Origin: Gemmatimonadota bacterium
GTDB lineage: Bacteria; Gemmatimonadota; Gemmatimonadetes; Gemmatimonadales; GWC2-71-9
Reading direction: 5' to 3'
Assembly (NCBI GenBank): GCA_039586365.1
Contig: JBDHKN010000001.1
Coordinates: 92,964 to 156,963 of the forward strand
DNA length: 64,000 nt
Shown: positions 50,670 through 60,117 of the stretch, one piece after another
Position numbering within the stretch: the stretch's first letter is position 1
Layout of the letters: the number at the start of each line of letters is the position of its first letter
Made by a program: the position numbers and the translations under genes
The notes under the pieces: model-generated
Database searches by the model: none
What the model was told of the DNA's origin: nothing
The model's input: the letters and a program-made list of their open reading frames with translations, nothing else

Positions 50670-51130
50670 TACTCATAGTGCGGTTCGTTCATTTCATGGG
50701 GTCGGCCCTCTGGATTGGTGGGGCTGTGACGGCGCTGGTCCTAGCATTCGGTGCCAGAAGGGAGTCAGTGGAAGTGCGCGTAGGCCTATTCAGGCTGCTC
50801 ACGCAGGTTCAGACTCTGGTGATAGGACTTGGTGCTCTTCTTACAGTCGGGACGGGTATTGTCTGGAGTATGTGGCTCGTGCAAGACGGTGGTGAATCCG
50901 GCACACACTCAATTGGCTTGTGGCTCATGCAGGGCCTAGGACTGTTGGGTGCGGTGTTAGTTCTGTTTGTGGCCGTGCCAACGGCGGTGAAGGTGGGAGG
51001 CCTTGCGGTAGCGACTGACGACGGTCAAGTGCTTCCGGCCTTCGATTATCTGCGGCGCCGTCAGGTCTTGGTGTCCTCGGTGGCAACCGTCCTTGCGATT
51101 CTGTCGCTGTTCACAGGAGTAGTACTCTAA
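50666..51130 (+). CDS. Four-TM membrane protein
   Basis: ATGA overlap; VHFMGSALWIGG and four hydrophobic segments. Confidence 0.75.
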   Translation: MILIVRFVHFMGSALWIGGAVTALVLAFGARRESVEVRVGLFRLLTQVQTLVIGLGALLTVGTGIVWSMWLVQDGGESGTHSIGLWLMQGLGLLGAVLVLFVAVPTAVKVGGLAVATDDGQVLPAFDYLRRRQVLVSSVATVLAILSLFTGVVL

Positions 51131-51332
51131 CCCTGCCAGGCAACGCCCATTTCTGCTTGCCATGGTTCGTTCGCCATCGCCTGGTTCTTGATGATTTCTT
51201 GAGCCACCGGAGTTATGTAATTTGGGGGGGACTGGACTCCGGGCCCTCCGTCCACCAACATTCGGACGTTTTCTGCAACCCTGCGGCGGTGGTCCTTTCA
51301 TTAATGTGGTTGACGATTGTGACAGTTTGGGC

Positions 51333-52157
51333 ATGACTAGCTGGCGTCTGACTACTTCATATGCTGTTGAGCGGAGTGGTGCGCTCCTCGACCTGAGACG
51401 GGTCGTCGGTCGTTTCACTTTGCGGATGGCCAGCCACGTGGGTCGCGTCACATATCTAATGTGGGAGTTCGCTCGCGGATTGACTGAGTGGCGCGTGTGG
51501 GTATCCCGAGCGGCAGAGCAAGGCGTACACGTGGGATACGGGTCGTTGTTCATCATAATCCTCACGGCGGGGTTTGCCGGTGGGGTCACCGCTCTGCAGG
51601 CCGGCTACCAGTTCACGGGTGGGATCCCAGTCTATTTCGCTGCAGGTGTAATTGTCGAGTCGATAATCCTCGAATTGGGTCCAGTGCTAACCGCGCTCAT
51701 CCTCGCTGGCCGAATCGGTGCCCGGTATGCCGCAGAGCTCGGAACGATGAGGGTGACCGAGCAGATCGATGCTCTGGAGAGTCTGGGCAGGTCGTCGATC
51801 TCTCACCTAGTGATCCCGCGGGTCGTCGCTGGTACAATCATGCTGCCGGTGTTGGTGGTATTTGCCGATGCAGTGGGTATCGGGGTGGGATGGATCGCTG
51901 CGAAAGGGTCGCTTGGAATCAGCAACGCTGACTTCATCTACGGAGCTCGATACTTCTTCAAGCCGTTTGATCTCTGGTACTCGATGATCAAGTCTTTTGC
52001 CTTCGGTCTGGCCATTACCATCATCCCGTGCTACGTAGGCTTCAGTACGAAACAGGGCGCTGAGGGGGTCGGTCGATCCACAACCGCCGCCGTCGTGAGT
52101 GCTTCGGTGCTCGTGCTCTTCCTAGATGTGGCTCTGGCGAAGATACTGCTACAATGA
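51333..52157 (+). CDS. mlaE: MlaE family ABC permease
   Basis: ELGPVLTA, AELGTMRVTEQIDALE and GAEGVGRSTT motifs; start uncertain. Confidence 0.92.
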   Translation: MTSWRLTTSYAVERSGALLDLRRVVGRFTLRMASHVGRVTYLMWEFARGLTEWRVWVSRAAEQGVHVGYGSLFIIILTAGFAGGVTALQAGYQFTGGIPVYFAAGVIVESIILELGPVLTALILAGRIGARYAAELGTMRVTEQIDALESLGRSSISHLVIPRVVAGTIMLPVLVVFADAVGIGVGWIAAKGSLGISNADFIYGARYFFKPFDLWYSMIKSFAFGLAITIIPCYVGFSTKQGAEGVGRSTTAAVVSASVLVLFLDVALAKILLQ

Positions 52158-52215
52158 GAGCTGCACAGCCTAGGAGGGCCTGCCGCGGTGCCGCGCCGCC
52201 CCACGTGGGCAAAAG

Positions 52216-52977
52216 GTGGCGGTCACCATGATCCAGCTCAAGAATGTCCACAAGCGTTTCGGCGACCTCATCGTGCTGGATGGGGTGGATTTCGAGGTGC
52301 GGCGGGGCGAGACCGTGGCATTGCTGGGTCCATCGGGCACGGGAAAGAGCGTGCTGCTGAAGCACATGAATGGTCTCCTTCGTCCCGATAGTGGTACCGT
52401 GACCGTCGACGGCTTGGACGTGCCGAATCTAAAACGCAGGGACCTTGCGAAGCTGAGAAGCCGCATCGGTTATGTCTTCCAGTTCGGTGCCCTGTTTGAT
52501 TCGATGACGGTGTTCGAGAACATAAGACTGGGGATAACGGACGACGCTTGTGCAACAGACAGGGACTACTGTCGAATGAGGGTCCTCGAATGTCTCGACC
52601 TGGTGAATCTGCCTCGAGATACCGTTTCCAAGTTCCCAGATGAACTCTCTGGTGGAATGAAGAAGAGAGTTGGCCTGGCGCGGGCCATCGCGGGAAACCC
52701 GTCATACTTGTTGTATGACGAACCTACCACAGGGCTTGACCCGGTAAACGCAGACATCATCGACAAGCTCGTTGAGAAGTTGCAGGATGAATTGGGGGTC
52801 ACCAGTGTCATGGTGACTCATGACGTGCGGGGATCGTTCGGTGTGGCAGACAGGGTGGCGCTGCTTTCGGGTGGCACGATACACGCCATGGGGACTCCGG
52901 AGGAGTTGCTCGCGAGTACTGATGGGGCGGTACGGGAGTTTCTTGAGCGCGATCTAGGTGGGGCCTTCGTGACCTGA
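52216..52977 (+). CDS. mlaF: MlaF ABC ATPase
   Basis: GPSGTGKS, LSGGMKKRV and YDEPTTGLDP motifs. Confidence 0.92.
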   Translation: MAVTMIQLKNVHKRFGDLIVLDGVDFEVRRGETVALLGPSGTGKSVLLKHMNGLLRPDSGTVTVDGLDVPNLKRRDLAKLRSRIGYVFQFGALFDSMTVFENIRLGITDDACATDRDYCRMRVLECLDLVNLPRDTVSKFPDELSGGMKKRVGLARAIAGNPSYLLYDEPTTGLDPVNADIIDKLVEKLQDELGVTSVMVTHDVRGSFGVADRVALLSGGTIHAMGTPEELLASTDGAVREFLERDLGGAFVT

Positions 52978-52990
52978 GAGGTCGGATTTC

Positions 52991-53878
52991 ATGGATCTAT
53001 ACTACAAGCAGGAAGTATCTGTTGGGCTCCTGGTCATGGTAGCCGTGGCGGCGTTCTTCGCCGGGTTAATGTGGCTCACTGGTCGGTCGTTCGGGGCAAG
53101 CAATGTGGAAATGTCCGCGCAATTCCTTGATGTAGGGACTCTGACGGTTGGGGACCCCGTCCGGATATCCGGAGTTCGGATCGGACGGGTAGCCGGCACG
53201 ATGCTGGAGGATGCGGGGAGAGTGCTCGTGACGCTGGAAGTAATGGAGCGCTTCCGACCCAAGGTGGACGCTAAGGTCTCCATCAAGTCGCTCGATTTTC
53301 TGGGTGCGAAGTACATTGACTACAGTCCGGGTAGCTCCTCGACTTATCTGGAGGACGGCCAGACGATAGTGGGGACCACCACCGGCGATATTGCCGACGC
53401 CGCGGCGGGACTGACCGACGAAGCTGCCGACGTGCTCATCGGTGCCCAGAGACTCCTGACGGAGCAAATGGCGGACGAAGTGCAGCAGACCCTAGCAGCG
53501 GCGCAGCGGGCGTTGAACGCCGTAGCCCAGGTGGGAGAAAGCCAACTAGCCGACAACGCCCAGGCTTCATTGCTTGCGCTCCAGCAGGTCGCGGTGAGGC
53601 TGGACTCTACGTTGGCCAATCCGGCGATAGACGAGTCTCTCAGCCAACTGGACGAACTGACTGAGAACGTGACCGAGATGGCCGAAGGGCTCGCCGGTGC
53701 CACCATGGCACTCAGTGCCATGCTCCAGCAGGTGAGCGATACATCCGGCACAATCGGCAAGTTGCTCACAGACCAGACCATTCACACCGACCTCCACGAA
53801 CTGCTCGGCTCGCTGACCAAGCTGTTGGACGATGTTAGGGAGCGGCCGGGTCGATATACCTTCGTATCGGTATTCTAG
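52991..53878 (+). CDS. mlaD: MlaD/MCE family protein
   Basis: N-terminal TM helix, GDPVRISGVRIGRV MCE motif and helical tail. Confidence 0.9.
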   Translation: MDLYYKQEVSVGLLVMVAVAAFFAGLMWLTGRSFGASNVEMSAQFLDVGTLTVGDPVRISGVRIGRVAGTMLEDAGRVLVTLEVMERFRPKVDAKVSIKSLDFLGAKYIDYSPGSSSTYLEDGQTIVGTTTGDIADAAAGLTDEAADVLIGAQRLLTEQMADEVQQTLAAAQRALNAVAQVGESQLADNAQASLLALQQVAVRLDSTLANPAIDESLSQLDELTENVTEMAEGLAGATMALSAMLQQVSDTSGTIGKLLTDQTIHTDLHELLGSLTKLLDDVRERPGRYTFVSVF

Positions 53879-53959
53879 GGGTGAGTGGGTCGAAGGGGGG
53901 TAGCGGCACTCCACAGTCTGCCCTTTCGCCCTTGTACGCTGCTGCCTTACTTTCGCCCC

Positions 53960-54880
53960 ATGCTCTCGCTGACGTTTCTCGGTACGTCTGCCGCTCGTCC
54001 CACAGTCGAGAGATCAGTCTCGTCTGTTGCAGTTTCGCGAGAAGGCGAGACCCTGCTGTTCGACTGCGGCGAGGGGACCCAGCGCCAGATGATGCGCTAC
54101 GGCGTGGGCTTTGCTCTGTCCGAGATCTTCTTTACTCACTTTCATGCTGATCACTATTTGGGCGTTGTCGGACTCATACGGACTCTGGCGCTGCAGGGAC
54201 GTACCGAGTCCATGTGTCTCTACGGTCCCAAGGGGGCCAAACAGATACTTCGTGCGGCGGTCGACCTGGGACTGGAGCGCCCCACCTTCCCAATCGAGAT
54301 CGAGGAACTGACCGTCGGCGAGCGACTGAAGCGGCCGGGATACGACCTTGAGGTCATCGGCGTGGAGCACGGCCGCAATGCCGTGGGTTACGCGTTGCGC
54401 GAGCATGAACGTCTAGGGAAGTTCGACCCGGACAAAGCGCGCAGGTTGGGCGTTCCAGAGGGTCCGACCTGGGGCCGGATCCATCGCGGTGAGGCCGTGG
54501 AACTCGAAGATGGGCGCGTTGTGAGCCCTAACGACCTGGTCGGACCTGCCCGTCCAGGGCGTTTGGTTGTCCTTAGCGGCGACACGAGGCCGTGCGGGGG
54601 GGTGGTTGAAGCCTCTCACGGAGCTGACCTGTTGGTACACGACGCCACGTTTGGGGAGGATGAGAAGCAACGTGCTTGGGACACTGCTCACTCCACCGCT
54701 TTGGAGGCTGCGCAAGTAGCGCTGGCTGCCAGGGTGAAGCGACTGGTTCTGACCCATTTGTCAGCACGCTACTCGGTCAGTGCGCAGCAGCTACTGGATG
54801 AAGCACGGTCGGTGTTCGCTGAGACCGCGGTGGCCAAAGATGGTCTGGCACTCGAGGTGCCGTACTCGGGTGAGGAGTGA
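53960..54880 (+). CDS. rnz: Ribonuclease Z
   Basis: FLGTS, DCGEGTQ, THFHADH, GP exosite, SGDTRP and THLSARY motifs. Confidence 0.95.
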   Translation: MLSLTFLGTSAARPTVERSVSSVAVSREGETLLFDCGEGTQRQMMRYGVGFALSEIFFTHFHADHYLGVVGLIRTLALQGRTESMCLYGPKGAKQILRAAVDLGLERPTFPIEIEELTVGERLKRPGYDLEVIGVEHGRNAVGYALREHERLGKFDPDKARRLGVPEGPTWGRIHRGEAVELEDGRVVSPNDLVGPARPGRLVVLSGDTRPCGGVVEASHGADLLVHDATFGEDEKQRAWDTAHSTALEAAQVALAARVKRLVLTHLSARYSVSAQQLLDEARSVFAETAVAKDGLALEVPYSGEE

Positions 54881-54934
54881 GGGCAGGCTGCCGTGTTGCT
54901 GCGTGGAAAGGGTTGTGTGCTGTTGAATTGTGCC

Positions 54935-54963
54935 TTGACTGGACTTGACGATATTTCTACGTT
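54935..54963 (+). promoter_or_regulatory. sigma70 promoter of the tRNA pair, TTGACT-N17-TACGTT
   Basis: Near-consensus hexamers with a 17-nt spacer, 39 nt upstream of tRNA-Ala. Confidence 0.7.
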
Positions 54964-55002
54964 GCCTACCCCGTCTGCAGTGACCGGGACGGGCTGACGT
55001 CT

Positions 55003-55075
55003 GGGGCTGTAGCTCAGCTGGGAGAGCGCCTGGATCGCACCCAGGAGGTCAGGGGTTCGAGCCCCCTCAGCTCCA
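55003..55075 (+). tRNA. tRNA-Ala (anticodon CGC), CCA not encoded
   Basis: Cloverleaf with G3:U70 pair, CCTGG-ATCGCAC-CCAGG anticodon arm and TTCGA T-loop. Confidence 0.95.
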
Positions 55076-55082
55076 TCATCGC

Positions 55083-55155
55083 TGCCCCGTGGTGTAACTG
55101 GCAACACGTCTGACTCTGGATCAGAAGAGTCCAGGTTCGAGCCCTGGCGGGGCAA
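55083..55155 (+). tRNA. tRNA-Gln (anticodon CTG), CCA not encoded
   Basis: TGCCCCG/CGGGGCA acceptor stem, TCTGA-CTCTGGA-TCAGA anticodon arm and TTCGA T-loop. Confidence 0.95.
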
Positions 55156-55163
55156 TTGAGAGG

Positions 55164-55192
55164 GCGGCCCATTGAGGGCCGCGTTCTTTTTT
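55164..55192 (+). terminator. Rho-independent terminator after the tRNAs
   Basis: GCGGCCC-ATTGA-GGGCCGC followed by GTTCTTTTTT. Confidence 0.85.
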
Positions 55193-55198
55193 GCCACC

Positions 55199-55296
55199 GC
55201 CGGTCTCGCCGTCGCGTCTCACTGTGTTCGACGCATTGGAGCCGAGCCGGTCGTGCCTTCGCGTCTCACTCCGTTCGACGCATTCTGGGCCGAGCC
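55199..55296. repeat. Two imperfect tandem repeats of about 47 bp, each with an internal hairpin
   Basis: TCGCGTCTCACT(GT/CC)GTTCGACGCATT at 55212 and 55259. Confidence 0.85.
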
Positions 55297-55308
55297 CTGG
55301 CGGGGCAA
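55291..55308 (+). repeat. 18-bp direct repeat of the tRNA-Gln 3' end (att-like)
   Basis: CGAGCCCTGGCGGGGCAA identical to 55138-55155. Confidence 0.85.
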
Positions 55309-55482
55309 CTAAGGGCCGGTCAACCTGTTAGGTGGGCTCGCTTTGCCATTCTGAGGGGCTGCTGCCCCGACATCTGACCGAAGTTGATCCGGAAGACCGG
55401 AGCCGGTCGCCGCTGCTGTGGCCATGTGCGTCATCGAGCGCGAACGCTCTCAGCTGAGCAGCGGGCGCTGGCTGCCGCATCA

Positions 55483-55896
55483 CTAGGTGCCCGGGCGCCG
55501 CAGCTCGAGCCCCCGAACGATCACGTACGCTACCAATGCGAACAAGAACACGACAAGCAGCACCCAGGTGATACCCTGGAGCGCGCCGAGCAGCGTGCGG
55601 AAGATCTCCCAGGACCAGAGTTCGTTCGTGAGGCTGACGACCTGCGCTTCAGGATCAGACGGCGTGATGTACCGGTCCAGCTGCCAGATCCGGACACCGC
55701 CCGTTATCCCCACGACGTAGATCGCGAATTTGATGTACCGCACCCACGCCACGCTGATCTCGTCAGCGATGATCCGATCGAAGATCCGGCGGAGCGGCTT
55801 GTCGAAGACCTTGGCCACAACGTACGCGACCACGATGGAAACGATGGTAGTCACGACTAGGAGCGTGATGAACATGATGACCTCCTCGGCCCGCAC
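55483..55896 (-). CDS. Hypothetical three-TM membrane protein
   Basis: Hydrophobic helices and GC3-rich codons; the ATG of MFITLL follows GAGGAGG and is the likelier start. Confidence 0.75.
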   Translation of the reverse strand: MRAEEVIMFITLLVVTTIVSIVVAYVVAKVFDKPLRRIFDRIIADEISVAWVRYIKFAIYVVGITGGVRIWQLDRYITPSDPEAQVVSLTNELWSWEIFRTLLGALQGITWVLLVVFLFALVAYVIVRGLELRRPGT

Positions 55897-56277
55897 GGGG
55901 GCCCACGTAGAATAGGCCGTGCGTTGCGTGGCGACCAGTAGGATCTACAACACACACCCCTACAAGTTCTCGATTCGCCCAAAAACGCGATCCGTGTCTC
56001 CTTTGATCTGTGTCATGCGCGCCGCCAGGAAACTGTACTGCTGCGACCCGTCGACACAGGTCCCGCCCAAGGGCTCAGCTACGCACAGAGCGGTTGGGCA
56101 TTGTCGACGATCCGGCAGCTCTGGGCCTGGACATCCTCGCTCCCGACGGCATGTTTCCGCCAGATGAGCAATCACACCCGTGGTCCCCACGGAAGCCATG
56201 CAACGTGAGCCGACAGCGACTGGCAGGTCGGCCGCTTCGCGGTGCTCGTTCGCGAAGCAGGAATAAGGAGATCCATC

Positions 56278-56775
56278 ATGCGTTCATCCAGAACGGTACC
56301 GGTCGTGATCACTGTCGTCGCGGCGGCGCTCACAGCGTGCGGAACCACGGCTCCAGCGGTGCTCACAGAGGCTGACCGAGATGCCATCGGTGACGTGACC
56401 GAGGCCGCCGTCCAGATGGCCAACGAGGCGACAGAATGGACGGCGTACACCGACCTCTATTACGCCGAAGACGCCATCATCCTTCCTCCAAACGCTGAGG
56501 CAATCAGGGGTAGAGAGCAGATTGCTTCGTTCTTCGGGACTTTCCCACCGATCAGCGATATGCGATTCGAACAGATCGACGTCGGTGGGGCCCGCGACGT
56601 CGCTTACGTGTACGGCACGTACTCCATGGTCATGACGCCGGAGGGCGGGGAGCCGGAGCAGGACTCCGGCAAGTATATCGAGGTCTGGAAGCGGCAGGCC
56701 GACGGATCCTGGAAGGTAACGCTCGACATCTTCAATTCAGATCTGCCGCTGCCAAGCTCTGAGAGTCAGATGTAG
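56278..56775 (+). CDS. DUF4440/YybH (SnoaL-like) lipoprotein
   Basis: AAGGAG RBS, LTAC lipobox, YAEDA and GKYIEVWKRQADGSWK motifs. Confidence 0.87.
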   Translation: MRSSRTVPVVITVVAAALTACGTTAPAVLTEADRDAIGDVTEAAVQMANEATEWTAYTDLYYAEDAIILPPNAEAIRGREQIASFFGTFPPISDMRFEQIDVGGARDVAYVYGTYSMVMTPEGGEPEQDSGKYIEVWKRQADGSWKVTLDIFNSDLPLPSSESQM

Positions 56776-56852
56776 GGATCGGACGCGCTGCCGGAGCCTA
56801 GCCCGCTCAAGAAGCCGCCGAACTCTATCCGGGTCATTCAAGCACCTCGGAG

Positions 56853-57119
56853 GTGATGGAGAGTCCACGTGGTCCGGCGGTCTCTTTCGTAAGCTGGTCA
56901 GGCTATACGGACGGTGGCCTGGAGGCTTTTCGACGTGGGAAACCGACCAACATCATCTGGATGGACGGTCTGGGCGTGAGCCACGTGATCAGTGGTAACC
57001 TAGATTTGCGGGAAGTCATCGAGCGTCTGGCTTTGAAGGGCTTGCAGAACTCCCTACACTGGCCGTTAGCAGGTCCTGTCTGCCGAATTGGCGGCGACAG
57101 TCTCCGCAACAGATTTTAG
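56853..57119 (+). pseudogene. C-terminal remnant resembling an Mrr-like restriction endonuclease
   Basis: FVSWSGYTDGGLEAF...IIWMDG...LDLREVIER resembles Mrr_cat C-termini from recall; catalytic N-terminus absent. Confidence 0.5.
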
Positions 57120-57230
57120 CTTGGCTCAAGCTGGGTACGGAGGGCAGAAACCTCGGTTTGCGGTGCGTAACTGTTCCCGCTTATCCGTGACGCTGGGGAG
57201 CCGGGGCAATGCCGCCAGTGGGCTGTCTGT

Positions 57231-58238
57231 TCAATGCTCTCTGCGCGTACCTTGCTCTTCCAGCCAGGCTGCAGCAGCAGGGTGTAGGGGTATGGGTGCC
57301 GTGAGCAGTGCTTCTACGTGAATCTGATTCGCGATTGCGTTGACTTGGATCAGCTGGTCACGTTGATCTCGCAGTATGTCCAGGAGGAGCCGTACGACGC
57401 TGCCGTCCAGCGCCTCAGTTGCGACAATCCAATTCATCACAGCAACGGTGGGGATGTCTGTCTCAACGCCAGGATATGCGTGAGCGGGAATCGTCCCAGG
57501 CGCATAGTACGGATACCTCTCAGCAAGAAGCTGCTGAGTGGCGCTGTCGATCTGCAGTATGCGCGCCTTTCCTGTAGTCGTCGCTTCGAGTACCGCAGCA
57601 GCAGGATAGCCTACGGAGATGAGGGCTGCATCGATAGCCCCGTCTCGTAGCGCATTGGCCGATTCACTGAACGAGAGGTAACGGGTCTCGATATCTTCGT
57701 AGCCGATGTCGTAGGCCTCCAGCACTTGGCGGGCGAGTTGCTCCGTACCGCTTCCGGGCGAACCGACCGAGACCCGCTGGCCAGCCAAGTCCACTATCGA
57801 GTTAGCATCCGAACCCCTGGAAACGAGGACGTGAGTCACGTTCGGATAGAGAGGTGCGATGATTCGCAGCGTTTCTAGAGGCTCCGGATAATCGCTGCCG
57901 CCAGAATACGCCTCGTACACGGTTGTGGCCATCGAGAAGCCGAAGTCCATCTCTCCATTCACCACCCGGTTTACATTCTCCACTGATCCACCGGTAACCT
58001 CGGCTGTGTATTGATGGCTAGGATCCGCGACCGACAGTCGGCTGGCAATTGCGCCGCCCAGAGGATAGTAGATCCCACCGGTGCCTGCAGTGCCCAGGCT
58101 GAGGAAGCGGCGTGCGCCATCCGTTTGCCCGGATCCGCACGACGTGGAGATCGTGGCAGAGACTGCAAGGAGCGCAGCGACTAGCGTAGCCCTCTTGAGA
58201 CTACGTCCCTGGGTCATAGAGCTGGTCATGGTCACCAC
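57231..58238 (-). CDS. TAXI family TRAP solute-binding protein
   Basis: GTAGTGGIYYPLG, TGGSVEN, GSPGSGTE and IPLHP motifs. Confidence 0.92.
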   Translation of the reverse strand: MVTMTSSMTQGRSLKRATLVAALLAVSATISTSCGSGQTDGARRFLSLGTAGTGGIYYPLGGAIASRLSVADPSHQYTAEVTGGSVENVNRVVNGEMDFGFSMATTVYEAYSGGSDYPEPLETLRIIAPLYPNVTHVLVSRGSDANSIVDLAGQRVSVGSPGSGTEQLARQVLEAYDIGYEDIETRYLSFSESANALRDGAIDAALISVGYPAAAVLEATTTGKARILQIDSATQQLLAERYPYYAPGTIPAHAYPGVETDIPTVAVMNWIVATEALDGSVVRLLLDILRDQRDQLIQVNAIANQIHVEALLTAPIPLHPAAAAWLEEQGTRREH

Positions 58239-60108
58239 CAGCGACCTCCTTGAGTTGGCTCAGAAGTGTGACGGCAACGATCCCGAAGCCCACTGCGTCA
58301 GTCAAGAGTCCGGGTCTTACAAGGGCCACCGCTGCCAGCAGGAGGAGAACTCGCTGCCAAGCCACGACGGGTCGACGGACGTACCCAACTACGGCTCCTG
58401 CCAACGTCATTACGCCCACACACGCGGTGACTACTGCACCAATCACGGCCAGAGGTGAGGCCTGGAGTAGCAGTGCCGGTCCGTATACGAACATGAACGG
58501 AATCAGAAAGCCGGCGCTGGCCAGCGTGAGCGCGGTAAATGCGGTTCTCAGTGGTGGTGCCCCGGCGATGCCGGATGCCGCGTACGCCGCGAGGGCCACT
58601 GGTGGGGTGACGTTCGATAGGCAACCGAAGTAGAAGATGAACAAATGCGCGGCGAGTAGAGGCACACCCAAATCCGTGAGCGCAGGCGCCCCCAGGGCCG
58701 CTAACACCACATACGCCGCAGCCGGTGGTAGTCCCATTCCCAGTAGGATCGATCCGAGGGCAGTGAGAACGAGGGCGACTGGGAGGTGACCGCCCGACAA
58801 CGTGATGATGAACTCCGACATCCGCAGGCCGATGCCAGTCAAAGACACCACACCGACGACGATTCCGGCGGCGGCGCATGCAGCCGCGACCTGAACAGTG
58901 CCCTTTGCAGCACCGACGAGAGTGTTGCCGACCTGCCCCGACGTGAGGCGCGTCTGTTTGGGCCCCAAGGTCACAACCGCTGCCACGATGACTCCCCAGA
59001 ACGCGGCCCTCATAGGTGAACGGCCGAGCACGAGGAGTACCACGATGACACCAATGGGAAGCAACAGGTGCAACCGCGACAGAGTCTCGCTGTCGAGGTG
59101 GGTAGTGCCCGGTGGCAGTCTCATCTTGTGTGCCTGGAAGTGGATCGCCATGAGGAGGGCAACGTAGTAGAGGAGAGCCGGGATGGCCGCAGCCAAGGCC
59201 ACTTCGACATAGGGGATGTTCGTCCAAGTGGCTAGGATGAAGGCCCCAGCTCCCATGATCGGAGGCATTAGCTGCCCGCCCGTGCTCGCGGCCGCTTCGA
59301 TGGCACCCGCGAAGTGAGGTCGGAAACCAGACCGCTTCATCACAGGTATTGTGAGCGAGCCGGTTGTGACGACGTTGGCCACGGCGCTGCCGGAGATTGA
59401 GCCCATCAACGCGCTGGCGACAGCCGCGGTCTTGGCGGGACCGCCCCGCGTGGATCCAGCTATCTTGGCCGACAGCCCGGTCAGCAACCTTCCCCCTCCC
59501 GCTACATCCAGCACTGTCCCAAACAAGACGAATAGGTAGATGAAATCGGCCGACACCCCCAGCGGAACGCCCCAGATCCCTTCGGTTGTCAGGTATAAGT
59601 GCTCGATCAAACGTTGAACGCCGTAGCCACGGTGCGCGAGAAGACCAGGCAAGTACGGGCCCAACAATACGTATGCGATTGCCAACAGAGCGACGGTCAC
59701 CAGACCCCAGCCGGAGGTGCGTCTTGCTAACTCCAGTGTAACGACGATGGCCATCGCCCCAGCTGTGAGGTCGAGCACCGTCGCTGCTCCTGCGCGCCGC
59801 ACCAGCTCTTGATGGATCACCGCGATGTAGCAGCAGGAGATCAGGGTTGCGCCGATCAGCAGGGCGTCGATCGTACAGTTGAGCTGCTTCCTGCGCCTGC
59901 CGGCCGGTTCGTTGTCGGGCTCGTCGTCCGTGTCCTGTCGTCCACGCTTCCAGCGAACGACGCCCACCCCGAGGAATCCCATGACGGCCATGAAGGCCAG
60001 GTGGACGGGACGCTGGACGAATGCGGTGAACGGCTCGACGCCCGCGCCGTACAGGTGGAACAGCGCCGCCCCCAGAGCGAGGGCGGCGACAACGGTGCGG
60101 TGAATCAG
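58201..60108 (-). CDS. TRAP transporter fused 4TM/12TM permease
   Basis: GGPAK, SGSAVANV, ASTGGQLMPPIMGAGAF, GMGLP and TPPVA motifs; frame stays open and TM-like up to a CTG at 60108. Confidence 0.88.
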   Translation of the reverse strand: MIHRTVVAALALGAALFHLYGAGVEPFTAFVQRPVHLAFMAVMGFLGVGVVRWKRGRQDTDDEPDNEPAGRRRKQLNCTIDALLIGATLISCCYIAVIHQELVRRAGAATVLDLTAGAMAIVVTLELARRTSGWGLVTVALLAIAYVLLGPYLPGLLAHRGYGVQRLIEHLYLTTEGIWGVPLGVSADFIYLFVLFGTVLDVAGGGRLLTGLSAKIAGSTRGGPAKTAAVASALMGSISGSAVANVVTTGSLTIPVMKRSGFRPHFAGAIEAAASTGGQLMPPIMGAGAFILATWTNIPYVEVALAAAIPALLYYVALLMAIHFQAHKMRLPPGTTHLDSETLSRLHLLLPIGVIVVLLVLGRSPMRAAFWGVIVAAVVTLGPKQTRLTSGQVGNTLVGAAKGTVQVAAACAAAGIVVGVVSLTGIGLRMSEFIITLSGGHLPVALVLTALGSILLGMGLPPAAAYVVLAALGAPALTDLGVPLLAAHLFIFYFGCLSNVTPPVALAAYAASGIAGAPPLRTAFTALTLASAGFLIPFMFVYGPALLLQASPLAVIGAVVTACVGVMTLAGAVVGYVRRPVVAWQRVLLLLAAVALVRPGLLTDAVGFGIVAVTLLSQLKEVAGGDHDQLYDPGT

Positions 60109-60117
60109 CGCGCTGTC

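Noticed and set aside
55083-55155. tRNA-Gln as an amber suppressor explaining the in-frame TAG
   Set aside because: The anticodon reads CTG, not CTA
55199-55296. Repeat pair as a mini CRISPR array
   Set aside because: Only two units, the intervening sequence is itself repeated rather than a unique spacer, and there are no cas genes
55310-57230. Integron cassette array
   Set aside because: No integrase and no clear paired RYYYAAC/GTTRRRY attC boundaries; the genes are on opposite strands
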